DNA of 64,000 nt, taken from positions 32,001 through 96,000 of the forward strand of contig CBDCCS010000016.1 of NCBI GenBank assembly GCA_965214935.1, in the 5' to 3' direction. Position 1 is the stretch's first letter. The number at the start of each line of letters is the position of its first letter. The notes beneath the pieces are model-generated. The model saw nothing but the letters and a program-made list of their open reading frames with translations. It ran no database searches and was not told where the DNA came from. This document shows positions 1-10,222 of this stretch, piece by piece. The stretch is from Candidatus Velthaea sp. GTDB lineage: Bacteria; Vulcanimicrobiota; Vulcanimicrobiia; Vulcanimicrobiales; Vulcanimicrobiaceae. The position numbers were made by a program, and so were the translations under genes.

Positions 1-1
1 G

Positions 2-3000
2 CCGATCGAGCGGCTGCAAAGCGCCGGCGACATCACGTCGCTGCTGCGAAGCGCGGCACACGACATGCGTGAAATGAGCGGCTTCGAACGGGTCGTCGTG
101 TACCGCTTTGCGACGAACCGGCACGGCGATGCCGTTGCGCAAGCAGATGCGCCGGAGATCGATGCGCTTGTCGGACAGCCGCCGGCGAGCATCGAGATCT
201 CGCCCGCAACGCGAACGTTTTTCTCGAGCAATTCGCTACTTGTCGTGCCCGACGCGCAATACGTCGGATCGCCGCTGATCTCGCACGACGCAGCAACATC
301 GGCGCGACCCATCGATCTCACTCGGGCGACGCTGCGTAGTGCGCCGCCCGATGCGCTCGCGTGCATTCGCGCCGGCGGAAACCGCGCGGCATGTACGTTC
401 TCAATCGTCATCGGCGAACAGCTCTGGGGTTTGATCGTTGCGACACACCGCACGCCGCGGCCGATGTACTATGCGCAGCGGGCGGTATGCGAACTTCTCG
501 GTCGCATGCTCGAATGGCAGCTGGGCGTGCGTCTCGAAGCGGAATTGCACGTGCGGCGGACGCGCGACGCTACGCTGCACAATCAAATTAGCGCACAGCT
601 GGATTCGCATCCCGACGTTGCCGCTGCACTCATTGCATGTGCACCGCAGGTGATCGAGCTGTTTGCAGCTAGCGGCATTGCGGTGCAGATCGGAAATGCA
701 TTTAGCTGTTACGGAGCGGCTCCGGGCGATGCACTCGGCGCCAGGACGATTGCAGTGGCGGTATCACGCCGCGATGCAGCCGCCGTCGTGACGGCGACTG
801 ACCGGCTTGCCGCGCTGCTGCTGGAATCACCCGGCTCGCCGCCGGCCGGAGCCCTTTGTATCCGGCTCAGTGAAGACGGCCGGGATTTTCTTCTGATCTA
901 TCGGTCACCGGCCCCGAGCGCCGGTTCTGCCGAAGCCGACGTTCGCGCCGTCAGCTTGCCGTGGACGGACGCCGATTTCGAGGCCGCCGAGACGCTGGCA
1001 AAACGTATGCTTTTGCGGGTGGGGCACCTAACGCGTACGCGCGCGGAACATATCACGCACCTCAATGCGAATCTCGAGCGCCGCAACGCGCAAGCCGAAG
1101 CGCTCATCGTGCTACAGGACGATGTCGCGGCGGCTTTACCTTCGCGGACCGCCGTCATCGAAGTCATCTTAGCTTTTGCCCAGCGTCAAGTCCCCGCCGA
1201 CGGCTGCAGCTTCGAGATCATCACGGCGGGCGCCGTCGTTTGTGAAGCCGCAACCGGAGTGCTGGCGCCGCGCGCCGGCTCGCGCCAAGCGAGCGCCGAT
1301 ACATTTTCGGGACGCTGCGCCGAGCTGCATCAAACCCTCGTCAGCAGCGACATTGCAACCGAAACGGACGGCGCCGAGCGCGAATTCTGCGCGCATGCAT
1401 CTATCATGTCGCTACTGGCCGTGCCGATCACGCTTGCGCCGGAAACTACCGTTATTCTCAAAGTTGCGGCGCTTCGGCGCTGGGCATTTAACGATAACGA
1501 CACGCAAACACTTAAATTGGCCGCTACGACGCTGCGCAGTGCGCTGCGAGCGGCACAAAAATTCACCGCGCTCGCCGCAGCGGAACTCGAACAGCGAACC
1601 TATGCGCGACAGCTGCGCGCGCTGCATGCCATTGCCAGCACCACGACGAGTCATCGCAAGGATCAGATCGATGCCGCGCTGCACCTCGGTCTGGCACAAC
1701 TTGGTTTAAACTGGGCGTTTCTCGGCGTTATCGATCACGCTGCACAGGAGTTCGTGATCGAAAGCAGCGTGAGCGATGACGACGTCCTCGTCGCTCGAAA
1801 CGGCGCACGCATGCCGCTGACCCGAACCATCGTCGGCCAAGCCGCGGATTCGAGGGGGGTGATCATCGTGCAGGATGTTGCCGCATTGCTCGAACGTCCG
1901 CTCTTTAGCGGCTGGAAGTCGTTCATCGCGGTGCCGCTGTTTATCGGGCGGACGAAATACGGCCTCATCGGCTTTACGTCGCGCGAAGTTCGGCCGGAGC
2001 CGTTTTCCGATGCAAACATCGAGTTCATCGCGGTCGCGGGCGAGCTGATCGCTTCGGCGATCGAGCGCGGTCTGCAACGCGATCAACTTGAAAACAGCGA
2101 GATGCGCTACCGCGCTCTGAGCGAAGCGATACCGCAGATGTTATGGGTGATCGACGCAAACAATCAGTTCGAGTACGTCAACGAACGTTTCACGGCATAC
2201 AGCGGGTTGACGCTGGACGACACGCGCGACGACGGCAGCGGCATGTACCATCCCGACGACGTCGACGAGCTCGGCTTACAGGCCGCGTTGCCCGCAGTTG
2301 AATGCGATTTCGAGGTGCGCGTGCGGCGCGCCGACGGCGTCTATCATTGGCACTTGTTGCGCAGCGTCCCGTTTCGCGGCATGCCGGACGATCGCGAGAA
2401 GTGGCTGGTGACGGCCACCGATATTGAATCGCGCAAATCGGCTGAAACGCTGTTGGCCGACGTGCACGATGCCGCGCTTGCCGCAACCGAAGCAAAATCG
2501 CGCTTCTTAGCCACGATGAGTCACGAGATCCGAACGCCGATGAACGGCGTCATCGGAATGACCGAATTACTGTTACTTACGTCGCTCAATGACGAGCAGC
2601 GAGAATATACCGGCGTCATTCGTGATTCCGGCCAGTCGCTTTTACGCGTCCTCAACGACATTCTCGATTACTCGAAAATCGAAGCCGGTAAACTCGAGCT
2701 TGAAACCGTTGAATTCGATCTGCCCGGGCAGATCGAATCCGTCGTTGAATTGTTGCGGCCCGGCTTTACCGCGAAGGACGTCGCGCTTTCAACCATCATC
2801 GCTCCCGATGTCCGCACCGGCGTCGTCGGCGATCCCGGCCGCTTGCGGCAGATCTTACTCAACCTCACCGGCAACGCGCTGAAATTTACGGCCGGCGGCG
2901 GACGCGTCGAGATCTTCGTTTCAACCGGCTCGGCCGAAGCGGACACGTGTCCGGTGCGCTTTACCATTAAAGATACCGGCATCGGCATGATTCCCGAAGT

Positions 3001-4030
3001 GCTCGAACGGCTGTTTCAGCCGTTTTCCCAAGGCGACGAATCGACAACGCGCAAGTACGGCGGAACGGGTCTGGGTCTGTCGATCTCAGCCGAACTCGTC
3101 GCGCTCATGGGCGGTGAAATCGGTGTCGCCAGCGTGGCCGGTCGCGGCTCCGAGTTTTGGTTCGTTATCCCGTTTCGGCTCGCGCCGAATTCGCAGAAAG
3201 TCGCCGATGCGCGTAAACGGTCCCCCCGACGCAGTCAGCCGGCACCGATCCGTTCCGAGCGGATATTGCTCGTTGAAGATAATGAGATCAACACGTTCCT
3301 CGCGCTCAAACAGTTACAGCGTTTAGGCTTCGCCGTTACAGCCGTAATTGACGGACGGCGCGCGGTCGAGACCGTCGCACGCGAAGACTACGACTTAGTC
3401 TTGATGGACTGCCATATGCCCGAGATGGACGGTTTTGAGGCGACGCGCGCGATCCGCCGTGCGGAACCCGCCGGCGCACATTTGCCGATCGTCGCGATGA
3501 CGGCCGACGCGCGCGACGAAGATCATCAGAACTGCCTGCTTGCCGGAATGGACGATTTCATCACCAAACCGACAAACCTCGACAGCCTCAAAGGCGTACT
3601 CGACCGCTGGCTGCCGGCACCCGAACGGCGGCGCGCGTCGCGGCCCGGGACGCAGCCGCTCAGTGCCGCGCCGACGCTGGGCATGGCGATGCTGCTCGAG
3701 ATCTTCAACGGCGATCGCAACGCCGTGATCGACTTACTGACTGCGGCTCTCGGTTCGATCAACGGTGATTTCAAACGCATTGAAGTCGCCGCTGCCGAAC
3801 GCGATTTCGAGACGGTCATCGAAGCCGCACACCGGCTCAAGGGGACCGGCGGCAGCATTCGTTCCGCCCGACTCGTCGAAATTTGCTCGGCGATTCAAAG
3901 CCAAGCGCGCGCCGAACCGGCGACGATTCCACTGGCGCTTTTGGCTGAATTGCGCGCCGGCGTTTCAGCGGTAACGGCCGAAATCGCCTCGCTCAAGAAA
4001 GGCGTCGACAGCGGGCGCAACGGCGTCTAA
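2..4030 (+). CDS. Hybrid sensor histidine kinase (degenerate phytochrome GAF-PHY, GAF, GAF, PAS, HisKA, HATPase, REC, HPt); 5' end lies outside the window
   Basis: Frame is open from the window start. H-box MSHEIRTPM, N-box LRQILLNLTGNALKF, G-boxes DTGIG and GGTGLGL, REC LMDCHMP, HPt AAHRLKG. N-terminus resembles phytochrome (ERVVVYRF...LWGLI). Confidence 0.93.
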   Translation, partial: PIERLQSAGDITSLLRSAAHDMREMSGFERVVVYRFATNRHGDAVAQADAPEIDALVGQPPASIEISPATRTFFSSNSLLVVPDAQYVGSPLISHDAATSARPIDLTRATLRSAPPDALACIRAGGNRAACTFSIVIGEQLWGLIVATHRTPRPMYYAQRAVCELLGRMLEWQLGVRLEAELHVRRTRDATLHNQISAQLDSHPDVAAALIACAPQVIELFAASGIAVQIGNAFSCYGAAPGDALGARTIAVAVSRRDAAAVVTATDRLAALLLESPGSPPAGALCIRLSEDGRDFLLIYRSPAPSAGSAEADVRAVSLPWTDADFEAAETLAKRMLLRVGHLTRTRAEHITHLNANLERRNAQAEALIVLQDDVAAALPSRTAVIEVILAFAQRQVPADGCSFEIITAGAVVCEAATGVLAPRAGSRQASADTFSGRCAELHQTLVSSDIATETDGAEREFCAHASIMSLLAVPITLAPETTVILKVAALRRWAFNDNDTQTLKLAATTLRSALRAAQKFTALAAAELEQRTYARQLRALHAIASTTTSHRKDQIDAALHLGLAQLGLNWAFLGVIDHAAQEFVIESSVSDDDVLVARNGARMPLTRTIVGQAADSRGVIIVQDVAALLERPLFSGWKSFIAVPLFIGRTKYGLIGFTSREVRPEPFSDANIEFIAVAGELIASAIERGLQRDQLENSEMRYRALSEAIPQMLWVIDANNQFEYVNERFTAYSGLTLDDTRDDGSGMYHPDDVDELGLQAALPAVECDFEVRVRRADGVYHWHLLRSVPFRGMPDDREKWLVTATDIESRKSAETLLADVHDAALAATEAKSRFLATMSHEIRTPMNGVIGMTELLLLTSLNDEQREYTGVIRDSGQSLLRVLNDILDYSKIEAGKLELETVEFDLPGQIESVVELLRPGFTAKDVALSTIIAPDVRTGVVGDPGRLRQILLNLTGNALKFTAGGGRVEIFVSTGSAEADTCPVRFTIKDTGIGMIPEVLERLFQPFSQGDESTTRKYGGTGLGLSISAELVALMGGEIGVASVAGRGSEFWFVIPFRLAPNSQKVADARKRSPRRSQPAPIRSERILLVEDNEINTFLALKQLQRLGFAVTAVIDGRRAVETVAREDYDLVLMDCHMPEMDGFEATRAIRRAEPAGAHLPIVAMTADARDEDHQNCLLAGMDDFITKPTNLDSLKGVLDRWLPAPERRRASRPGTQPLSAAPTLGMAMLLEIFNGDRNAVIDLLTAALGSINGDFKRIEVAAAERDFETVIEAAHRLKGTGGSIRSARLVEICSAIQSQARAEPATIPLALLAELRAGVSAVTAEIASLKKGVDSGRNGV

Positions 4031-4036
4031 GCGCGC

Positions 4037-4879
4037 ATGCGCGTTACGATTCTGGGCTCGTCCGGTTTCATCGGCCGTCACCTGACCGCGGCACTCCAGG
4101 CACGCGGCGACGAAGTGATCGGTGTTTCGCTGCGCGATCCGGCCCAGGCCGCGGCTGCGAGCGACGGCAGCGATGCGGTCATCAATCTGGCCGGCGCACC
4201 GGTCGCGGAGCGCTGGACGCCGGCGCACAAACGTGACATCGAGCGATCGCGCGTCGAAGTGCCGCGGGCGTATCTCGCAGCGCTCGAACGCGTGCACCGC
4301 AAGCCGGCTCAGTACATCTCCGCGTCGGCGATCGGCTACTACGGCACGAGCCGGACGGCAACGTTTATCGAATCGAGCCCGCCCGGCTCCGATTTTCTCG
4401 CTCGCGTGTGTATCGGTTGGGAAGCCGAAGCGGCGCGCGCCCGCGACCTTGGTCTACGCGTCGCACTCGTCCGAACCGGGCTCGTGCTCGGCGCCGACGG
4501 CGGTGCGCTCGCCAAACTTCTGCCGCTATTCAAAATCGGCGTCGGCGGCGTGGTTGCAAGCGGCGAGCAATGGTATTCGTGGATTCATATCGACGATCAA
4601 GTGGGCATCTACTTACACGCGCTCGACGGTGTCGACGGCGTGCTGAATGCAACGGCACCCAACCCGGTGATCAACCGCACATTCACAACGGCACTCGGCG
4701 CAGCCGTCCATCGTCCGACGTTCTTACCGACGCCGGCGATTGCACTGTCACTGGTGCTGGGCGAAGGCGCCGTCGTCGTTACCGAAGGTCAGCGCGTGCT
4801 GCCGCAAGCAACGCTCGCGGGCGGCTATCAATTTCGTTATCCATCGATCGATGAGGCACTGACCGCGATCGTTGCATAG
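4037..4879 (+). CDS. TIGR01777/YfcH-family NAD-dependent epimerase-like protein
   Basis: GSSGFIG, VINLAGAP..RWT, SASAIGYYG, SWIHIDD, GQRVLP motifs. Confidence 0.92.
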   Translation: MRVTILGSSGFIGRHLTAALQARGDEVIGVSLRDPAQAAAASDGSDAVINLAGAPVAERWTPAHKRDIERSRVEVPRAYLAALERVHRKPAQYISASAIGYYGTSRTATFIESSPPGSDFLARVCIGWEAEAARARDLGLRVALVRTGLVLGADGGALAKLLPLFKIGVGGVVASGEQWYSWIHIDDQVGIYLHALDGVDGVLNATAPNPVINRTFTTALGAAVHRPTFLPTPAIALSLVLGEGAVVVTEGQRVLPQATLAGGYQFRYPSIDEALTAIVA

Positions 4880-4965
4880 GGTCTGTCCGGCGCGGTACCG
4901 GCGGTCGCGAACGAATGGAAACCAGGCTGCGTTTGATGGGTAATATCTGCGCAAAGGAAACACCT

Positions 4966-5670
4966 ATGCTACATAAATTCGCAAGCGCCGTCGCAGCGCT
5001 GTCGTTAGCTGCTGCGATTCCGGCGGCGGTCATCGCTCAAGTCAACATCGGTCAGCCGGTTCTACCGTCGCAAACCGTGCTGACGGGCACGCTCGAACAT
5101 CCGGTCAACACGAAAACCGCGCAAGCGACGGATCAATTTGTCCTCGATATTCAGCCGCCGTATCCGGGCGACGATCAACGTCTCAACGGTGCACGCGTGA
5201 TCGGACATCTGGCTGCCGTCGATCGTGCTTCAGGTGCGAAAAAGGGTAGCGTTACTCTGGCCTTCGATCGACTGATGTTGGCGGACGGCACCGAAGCGTC
5301 GATGTCGGGGCAGATGCTTTCGACGCAAGGCCAGCAGGGCGGAAACACGGCCGGCCGTGCAATTGTCGGCGGTGTGCTCGGTCAGATCGTCGGCAACTAT
5401 ATCGGCAAACACATCGGGACCGACGTCGGCGGCGCAGTCGGCGCGATCGGCGGTGCGGTCGCCGGCGCGAGCCTCGGAACGAACGTAACGCTGCCGCAGG
5501 GTTCGACGGTGCAATTCAAGACGACCGCGGCAGCGGTCGTGACCGGCCGCCGCCAAGCCGGCTCGTACAATCCATCCGGCGCGTATAATCCGCCGGTTCC
5601 GCAAGCACCGCCGGTGCCGGTGTACAGCCAGCCCACGCAACCCTATCCGGCGCCTTCGCCGACGATTTAA
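4966..5670 (+). CDS. Secreted hypothetical protein with glycine zipper and Pro-rich tail
   Basis: AAGGA before ATG 4966, signal peptide, GxxxG repeats (GGAVGAIGGAVAG). Confidence 0.75.
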   Translation: MLHKFASAVAALSLAAAIPAAVIAQVNIGQPVLPSQTVLTGTLEHPVNTKTAQATDQFVLDIQPPYPGDDQRLNGARVIGHLAAVDRASGAKKGSVTLAFDRLMLADGTEASMSGQMLSTQGQQGGNTAGRAIVGGVLGQIVGNYIGKHIGTDVGGAVGAIGGAVAGASLGTNVTLPQGSTVQFKTTAAAVVTGRRQAGSYNPSGAYNPPVPQAPPVPVYSQPTQPYPAPSPTI

Positions 5671-5692
5671 GCCAAGCGCGATTTCGAGGCGT

Positions 5693-6649
5693 TCAAGCCG
5701 GCACGGCTTCCACCACGTGCCGGTCTTCAAGCGCCTCAAGGTAGCGCTCCGCTTCGAGTGCCGCTTTGCAACCCGAGCCGGCCGCCGTGATGGCCTGCTT
5801 ATAGCGAATATCGAACACGTCGCCGCCGACGAATACTCCGCTAACATTGGTCGATACGCCGTCTCGCGACACGATGTAGCCTTGCGCATCGAGGTCGATG
5901 TGTTCGGCGAAGATTGCCGTGTTGGGGTCGTGCCCGATCGCGATGAACAGCGCATCGGCTGCAAAGGTCGTCACTGCTTGAGTGACGACATTGCGCAACG
6001 TCAGCGCATCGACATGCTCGTCTCCGCTCACCGCATCGACCGCGGTATTCCAAATAACGTCGATCTTCGGATGGTTGAGCGCACGATCGGCCATGATTTT
6101 GCTCGCGCGAAAACTCGACTTGCGATGAACGATCGTGACCTGTCGCGCAAAACGCGTCAAGAACGTCGCTTCTTCCATCGCCGAATCTCCGCCGCCGACG
6201 ACGACGATATGCTTGTCGCGAAAGAACGCACCGTCGCAGGTCGCGCACGTCGAAACGCCGCGACCGCGTAGGCGTGCCTCGCCCGGTATGTTGAGCCAGC
6301 GCGCACTCGCGCCGGTCGCGACGATAACGGAATCAGCAGTATACTCGTGCTCGGCGCTGCGCACGACGAACGGCCGTCGTGAGAAATCGACATACGTTAC
6401 ATCGACATTGTGGATGACGGCGCCGAAGCGCTCCGCCTGCACGCGAAACGATTCCATCAAATCGGCACCCATAACGCCCTCGGCGAAACCCGGATAATTC
6501 TCGACTTCAGTCGTGAACATCAACTGGCCGCCGTACATATGCCCGGCAAACACGACCGGCGCCAAGTTACCGCGGGCGGCATAGATAGCCGACGTCAGCC
6601 CGGCGGGACCGGATCCGATGATGATAACTTTGGCGTGTGTAACGGACAT
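5693..6649 (-). CDS. trxB: Thioredoxin-disulfide reductase
   Basis: IIGSGPAG, GGQL..TTEVENYPG, CATCDG, GGGDSAMEEA, QAITAAGSG. Confidence 0.97.
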   Translation of the reverse strand: MSVTHAKVIIIGSGPAGLTSAIYAARGNLAPVVFAGHMYGGQLMFTTEVENYPGFAEGVMGADLMESFRVQAERFGAVIHNVDVTYVDFSRRPFVVRSAEHEYTADSVIVATGASARWLNIPGEARLRGRGVSTCATCDGAFFRDKHIVVVGGGDSAMEEATFLTRFARQVTIVHRKSSFRASKIMADRALNHPKIDVIWNTAVDAVSGDEHVDALTLRNVVTQAVTTFAADALFIAIGHDPNTAIFAEHIDLDAQGYIVSRDGVSTNVSGVFVGGDVFDIRYKQAITAAGSGCKAALEAERYLEALEDRHVVEAVPA

Positions 6650-6748
6650 GTCGAATCCTTCAACCCGGAATCTTCGCCGTCGGGTGCGGCACATTCGGCG
6701 CTAGCGGGCTACCGGACGCGGGCACGACGCTGTCGTAACCGCTACGAC

Positions 6749-8005
6749 GTGCAAGCACATGCGCGGCGCGACGTCATCCTCGTGACGCTCGCCGGATTGG
6801 TTCTGCGATTATGTTGTCTCGGCCAGCCCGGTCACATCGTGGACCTGATGACTTTCGGACAATGGGCGCTCAACGCAGCGGACAACCCTTGGGATCGCGC
6901 CTACGAAGTCACCAACGCGAATTACCCGCCCGGCGCTTTGGTGTTCTTCGAGCTGATCGGTCGCAGCTACCGGCTCGCCGTGCATGCCGATCCCGATGGC
7001 CAAGCTCTGCGCATCGCGCTCAAACTGCCCAATGTGATTTTCGACCTTGTCGGCGGCGCAATCGCCTATGCGATCGCCCGACGCTTCACCGGCCATCGCG
7101 AAGCCCTCATTGCCATGCTCTTCATCGACCTCAATCCGGCGATGGTCTACGACTCAAGTCTCTGGGGCCAGAACGACTCGATTACCACCGTAACGGCACT
7201 TGCAGCGCTGGGGTGCATGCTCGCGCAATGGCGCGTTGCGGCCTGGATTTTGCTTGCATTCGCCGCGCTCAATAAGCCGCCGGTTATCGTCCTGGCACCG
7301 CTGTTTTTGCTTGAAGCGTTCGGTGCCGGCGCCGCGGAACGTCGCCGGCGCCTCGCCGCGACGCTCATCGGTTTCGCCGGCGCAGGCGTGTGCGGTTATT
7401 TGACGGCGCTTCCGTTTTACACCGACCGCTCGGTGTGGGGCGTTTACGGCCGGATGTTCGATTGGTATCGAATCGGCTCGTCGCTTTATCCGTTTTCGTC
7501 AGCCAACGCCTTTAACGTGTACGCACTTTTCGGCGACTTCTTTGCGTCCGATACTACGGGCGTTCTAATGCCGCTCAAAGATTGGGCCGACCTGTGGTTC
7601 ATCGCTCTTGCCGCCGGCGTGTTCCTGCGCTATGCGCGGCGGCGCGACGATCGTGCGTTGCTTGAAGCGGCCTTTCTCATCATGCTCGGCTTCTTTCTCG
7701 TGCTCACCGAAATGCACGAACGCTATTTAATCTACGCCTTGACCTTGGTAGCGCCGCTTACCGCACTCGACCGGCGGTATCTCGCATTCGCCGTTGCACT
7801 CAGCATCACGCAATGGCTCAATCTCGAATACTCTCTCACCTATATGTGGGTCGAGTCCGACAAGCCCGCAGGGATCAATCCAAACGAGTTCGCGCCGGTA
7901 CTCGTCCACCTCTGTGCGTTGACGAACATTGCCGTATTCGGTCTTGCACTGCGCGGCTTTTTCCGTTCGAGCGCGGAGACAAGGGGCCGCCCGGCTTCAG
8001 CCTAA
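6749..8005 (+). CDS. Polytopic GT-C fold membrane glycosyltransferase (mannosyltransferase-like)
   Basis: NYPP, NPA..YDS..WGQ.DS, MHERY motifs and many TM segments; start estimated at GTG 6749. Confidence 0.8.
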   Translation: MQAHARRDVILVTLAGLVLRLCCLGQPGHIVDLMTFGQWALNAADNPWDRAYEVTNANYPPGALVFFELIGRSYRLAVHADPDGQALRIALKLPNVIFDLVGGAIAYAIARRFTGHREALIAMLFIDLNPAMVYDSSLWGQNDSITTVTALAALGCMLAQWRVAAWILLAFAALNKPPVIVLAPLFLLEAFGAGAAERRRRLAATLIGFAGAGVCGYLTALPFYTDRSVWGVYGRMFDWYRIGSSLYPFSSANAFNVYALFGDFFASDTTGVLMPLKDWADLWFIALAAGVFLRYARRRDDRALLEAAFLIMLGFFLVLTEMHERYLIYALTLVAPLTALDRRYLAFAVALSITQWLNLEYSLTYMWVESDKPAGINPNEFAPVLVHLCALTNIAVFGLALRGFFRSSAETRGRPASA

Positions 8006-8015
8006 ACCAGCGCTG

Positions 8016-8834
8016 ATGCTCGAAGACGATATGTCCGACGTGTTGCGCAAGGCTCAGCGCGGAACGCGCGTCGATACCGCGATGCTCGCGCACCATTCGG
8101 GCATTGCAGCGACGGCGATCGCCGCATGGCTGAACGGTAACGGCGTGCCGACAGCCGACGAAGCACGCCGCATCGCACGCCCGCTCGGACTCGATCCGGA
8201 GAAACTTGCCGAACGTGCGTCCGACTTTTGGCAACCGCAGGTGGCGCTACCGGCGAATGTCCGGCATCATCCGCACGATCCGCATCCGTCCAACGGCTAT
8301 CTCTTTTTTCTCGACGACGGGAAGACCGCCGCGCTCATCGATCCCGCCGGCCTGCCCGCGACGATTTTAAATGCCATTGCCGACGGACCATACGCCCTAC
8401 GCTACATCCTCATCACGCACAAGCATGCCGATCATTGCGACGCCACCGCAGACGTCGCCCGGGCGTTTCCGCAAGCCGATATCGTTATGCATCGCTCGGA
8501 TGCTTTCGCCATCGGCGATCTCGCTTCGCGTGCGTTACCGATCGTCGATGGCGACGAATTGCCGTTCGGCCCGGACGCTGCAATCCGAATGCTGCACACG
8601 CCGGGTCATACGGATGGAAGTTCGTGTTTTCTTTTCCGCTCGACACTGTTCTCAGGTGATACTCTTTTTGCGGGCAGTGTCGGCGGTGCGTACGGCGACA
8701 TATCGACCTATGCCGACATTCTGCGAAGCGTACGCTTTAAATTATTTGCTCTCGACGATGCTACCGTGCTGCTGCCCGGCCACGGACCGCCGTCGACGAT
8801 CGCTCAGGAGAAAGCGCACAATCCGTTTTTCTAG
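8016..8834 (+). CDS. MBL-fold metallo-hydrolase with N-terminal XRE-like HTH
   Basis: THKHADH, HTPGHT, SGDTLF, PGHG, NPF motifs; N-terminal ~65 aa HTH-like. Confidence 0.88.
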   Translation: MLEDDMSDVLRKAQRGTRVDTAMLAHHSGIAATAIAAWLNGNGVPTADEARRIARPLGLDPEKLAERASDFWQPQVALPANVRHHPHDPHPSNGYLFFLDDGKTAALIDPAGLPATILNAIADGPYALRYILITHKHADHCDATADVARAFPQADIVMHRSDAFAIGDLASRALPIVDGDELPFGPDAAIRMLHTPGHTDGSSCFLFRSTLFSGDTLFAGSVGGAYGDISTYADILRSVRFKLFALDDATVLLPGHGPPSTIAQEKAHNPFF

Positions 8835-8846
8835 ACCAACGACCGC

Positions 8847-9125
8847 TCACTCGTAGGAAGAACGAATTTTCGATAGCAACGTCTTGGGTGTAGCAACGCG
8901 GCCGTCGGCAAGCAGCACATCGACGTCGTAATCCGGATAGACCTCATCGAAACGGCGGCGCTTCCAATCGGCAACGCTAAACGACGCGCGCGCAATTCTT
9001 TCGTGACTACGGGCGTAACTGCGAAGGTTGGTCTTAATCGGTTGTGATTTGGTCGTCGGGCGAATACGAACAGCAAATCCTTCAAACTGTTCGATTTCGG
9101 CAGCGACTCGATCTATACTCGGCAC
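8847..9125 (-). CDS. Small hypothetical protein (92 aa)
   Basis: Protein-like ORF filling the gap between genes, with a mixed alpha/beta pattern. Confidence 0.65.
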   Translation of the reverse strand: MPSIDRVAAEIEQFEGFAVRIRPTTKSQPIKTNLRSYARSHERIARASFSVADWKRRRFDEVYPDYDVDVLLADGRVATPKTLLSKIRSSYE

Positions 9126-9460
9126 GTGGAGACTGTTTTGCAGTCTAGCCGTAATTGCCTTGAGAAAGTAAAGTTTTGCATACTAATTTAAAGCAGCTAA
9201 TTTGCACGTTAGATTTCGACTTTTGCAAACGAGCAACATATACCCGATTTCACGCACTAAATGCGACGCATATTCCACATTACGACTCATCTACGGTAAT
9301 TAGTTTCGCGCAACAGCCGGGTCTATTGCACTTGCTTTCTCTCATTTTTAACGAGTAATGCACGCGTGGCCGGTTCGGCCATCGTCGGCCGATCGGTCGC
9401 GGCACGTAAGCGCTTGCTATCCGGTTCCGGTCACGCAACGGCGCAGGCGCGCGAGATGCT

Positions 9461-10222
9461 TTAGGTACGCAACTTGTAGCCGCGCGCCGTCATTACCAAC
9501 GCGATCGTAACCGCAGCAGCGGCAAGCGCCGTCACGATTGTAAGCGACAAAGCGAGCGGGACATCGCTGTGGCCGGTATAGCTATAGCGAAACGCATCGA
9601 TCATGTGAAACATCGGATTGAATAGTGAAATACGCTGCACGAGCGGCGGCAAAAATTGAATTGAGGTAAAAACCCCGCCGACGAAAACCAGCGGCGTAAT
9701 GGCGAATGTCGTCAACGTCGCAATGTGATCGAACTTTTCGGCCATGAGTCCGAAGATGATGCCCAACGCCGAAAATAAGGTGGCGACCAGCACCAGAACG
9801 AGCGCATACAAGGCCCAATTGAGCGGCATTGTGTGGACGAACACGATGCCTAAAATGGTGATGAGCGCCGCGATGAACAGTGCGCGTAAAACGCCGGAAA
9901 CGATGTAGCCGGCAACGATCTCGACAGCCGAAAGCGGCGCGATGAGCAGTTCCTGTATTGATTGCATGAACCGGCCCTGAAAGACCGAGCTCGAACTTTC
10001 CCCGTACGTGCCGTCGATAACTTGCAGCATGATCAAACCCGGGATGAGAAAAGTCGCATACGATACGCCTTGCACGGTTTTGATACGGCTGCCCAGCGCT
10101 AAGCCGAACACGAATACGTATAACAGCGTCGTGATGACCGGCGGCCAGATGACCTGATTGATAATCGCGAACGTGCGCACGAGTTCGCGCTTAATCAGGG
10201 TTTGTAACCCGATTCGGTTCAA
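9461..10222 (-). CDS. ABC-2 transporter permease (YadH-like)
   Basis: Six TM segments, FLIPGLIM, NPMFHMIDAFRY. Confidence 0.92.
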   Translation of the reverse strand: MNRIGLQTLIKRELVRTFAIINQVIWPPVITTLLYVFVFGLALGSRIKTVQGVSYATFLIPGLIMLQVIDGTYGESSSSVFQGRFMQSIQELLIAPLSAVEIVAGYIVSGVLRALFIAALITILGIVFVHTMPLNWALYALVLVLVATLFSALGIIFGLMAEKFDHIATLTTFAITPLVFVGGVFTSIQFLPPLVQRISLFNPMFHMIDAFRYSYTGHSDVPLALSLTIVTALAAAAVTIALVMTARGYKLRT

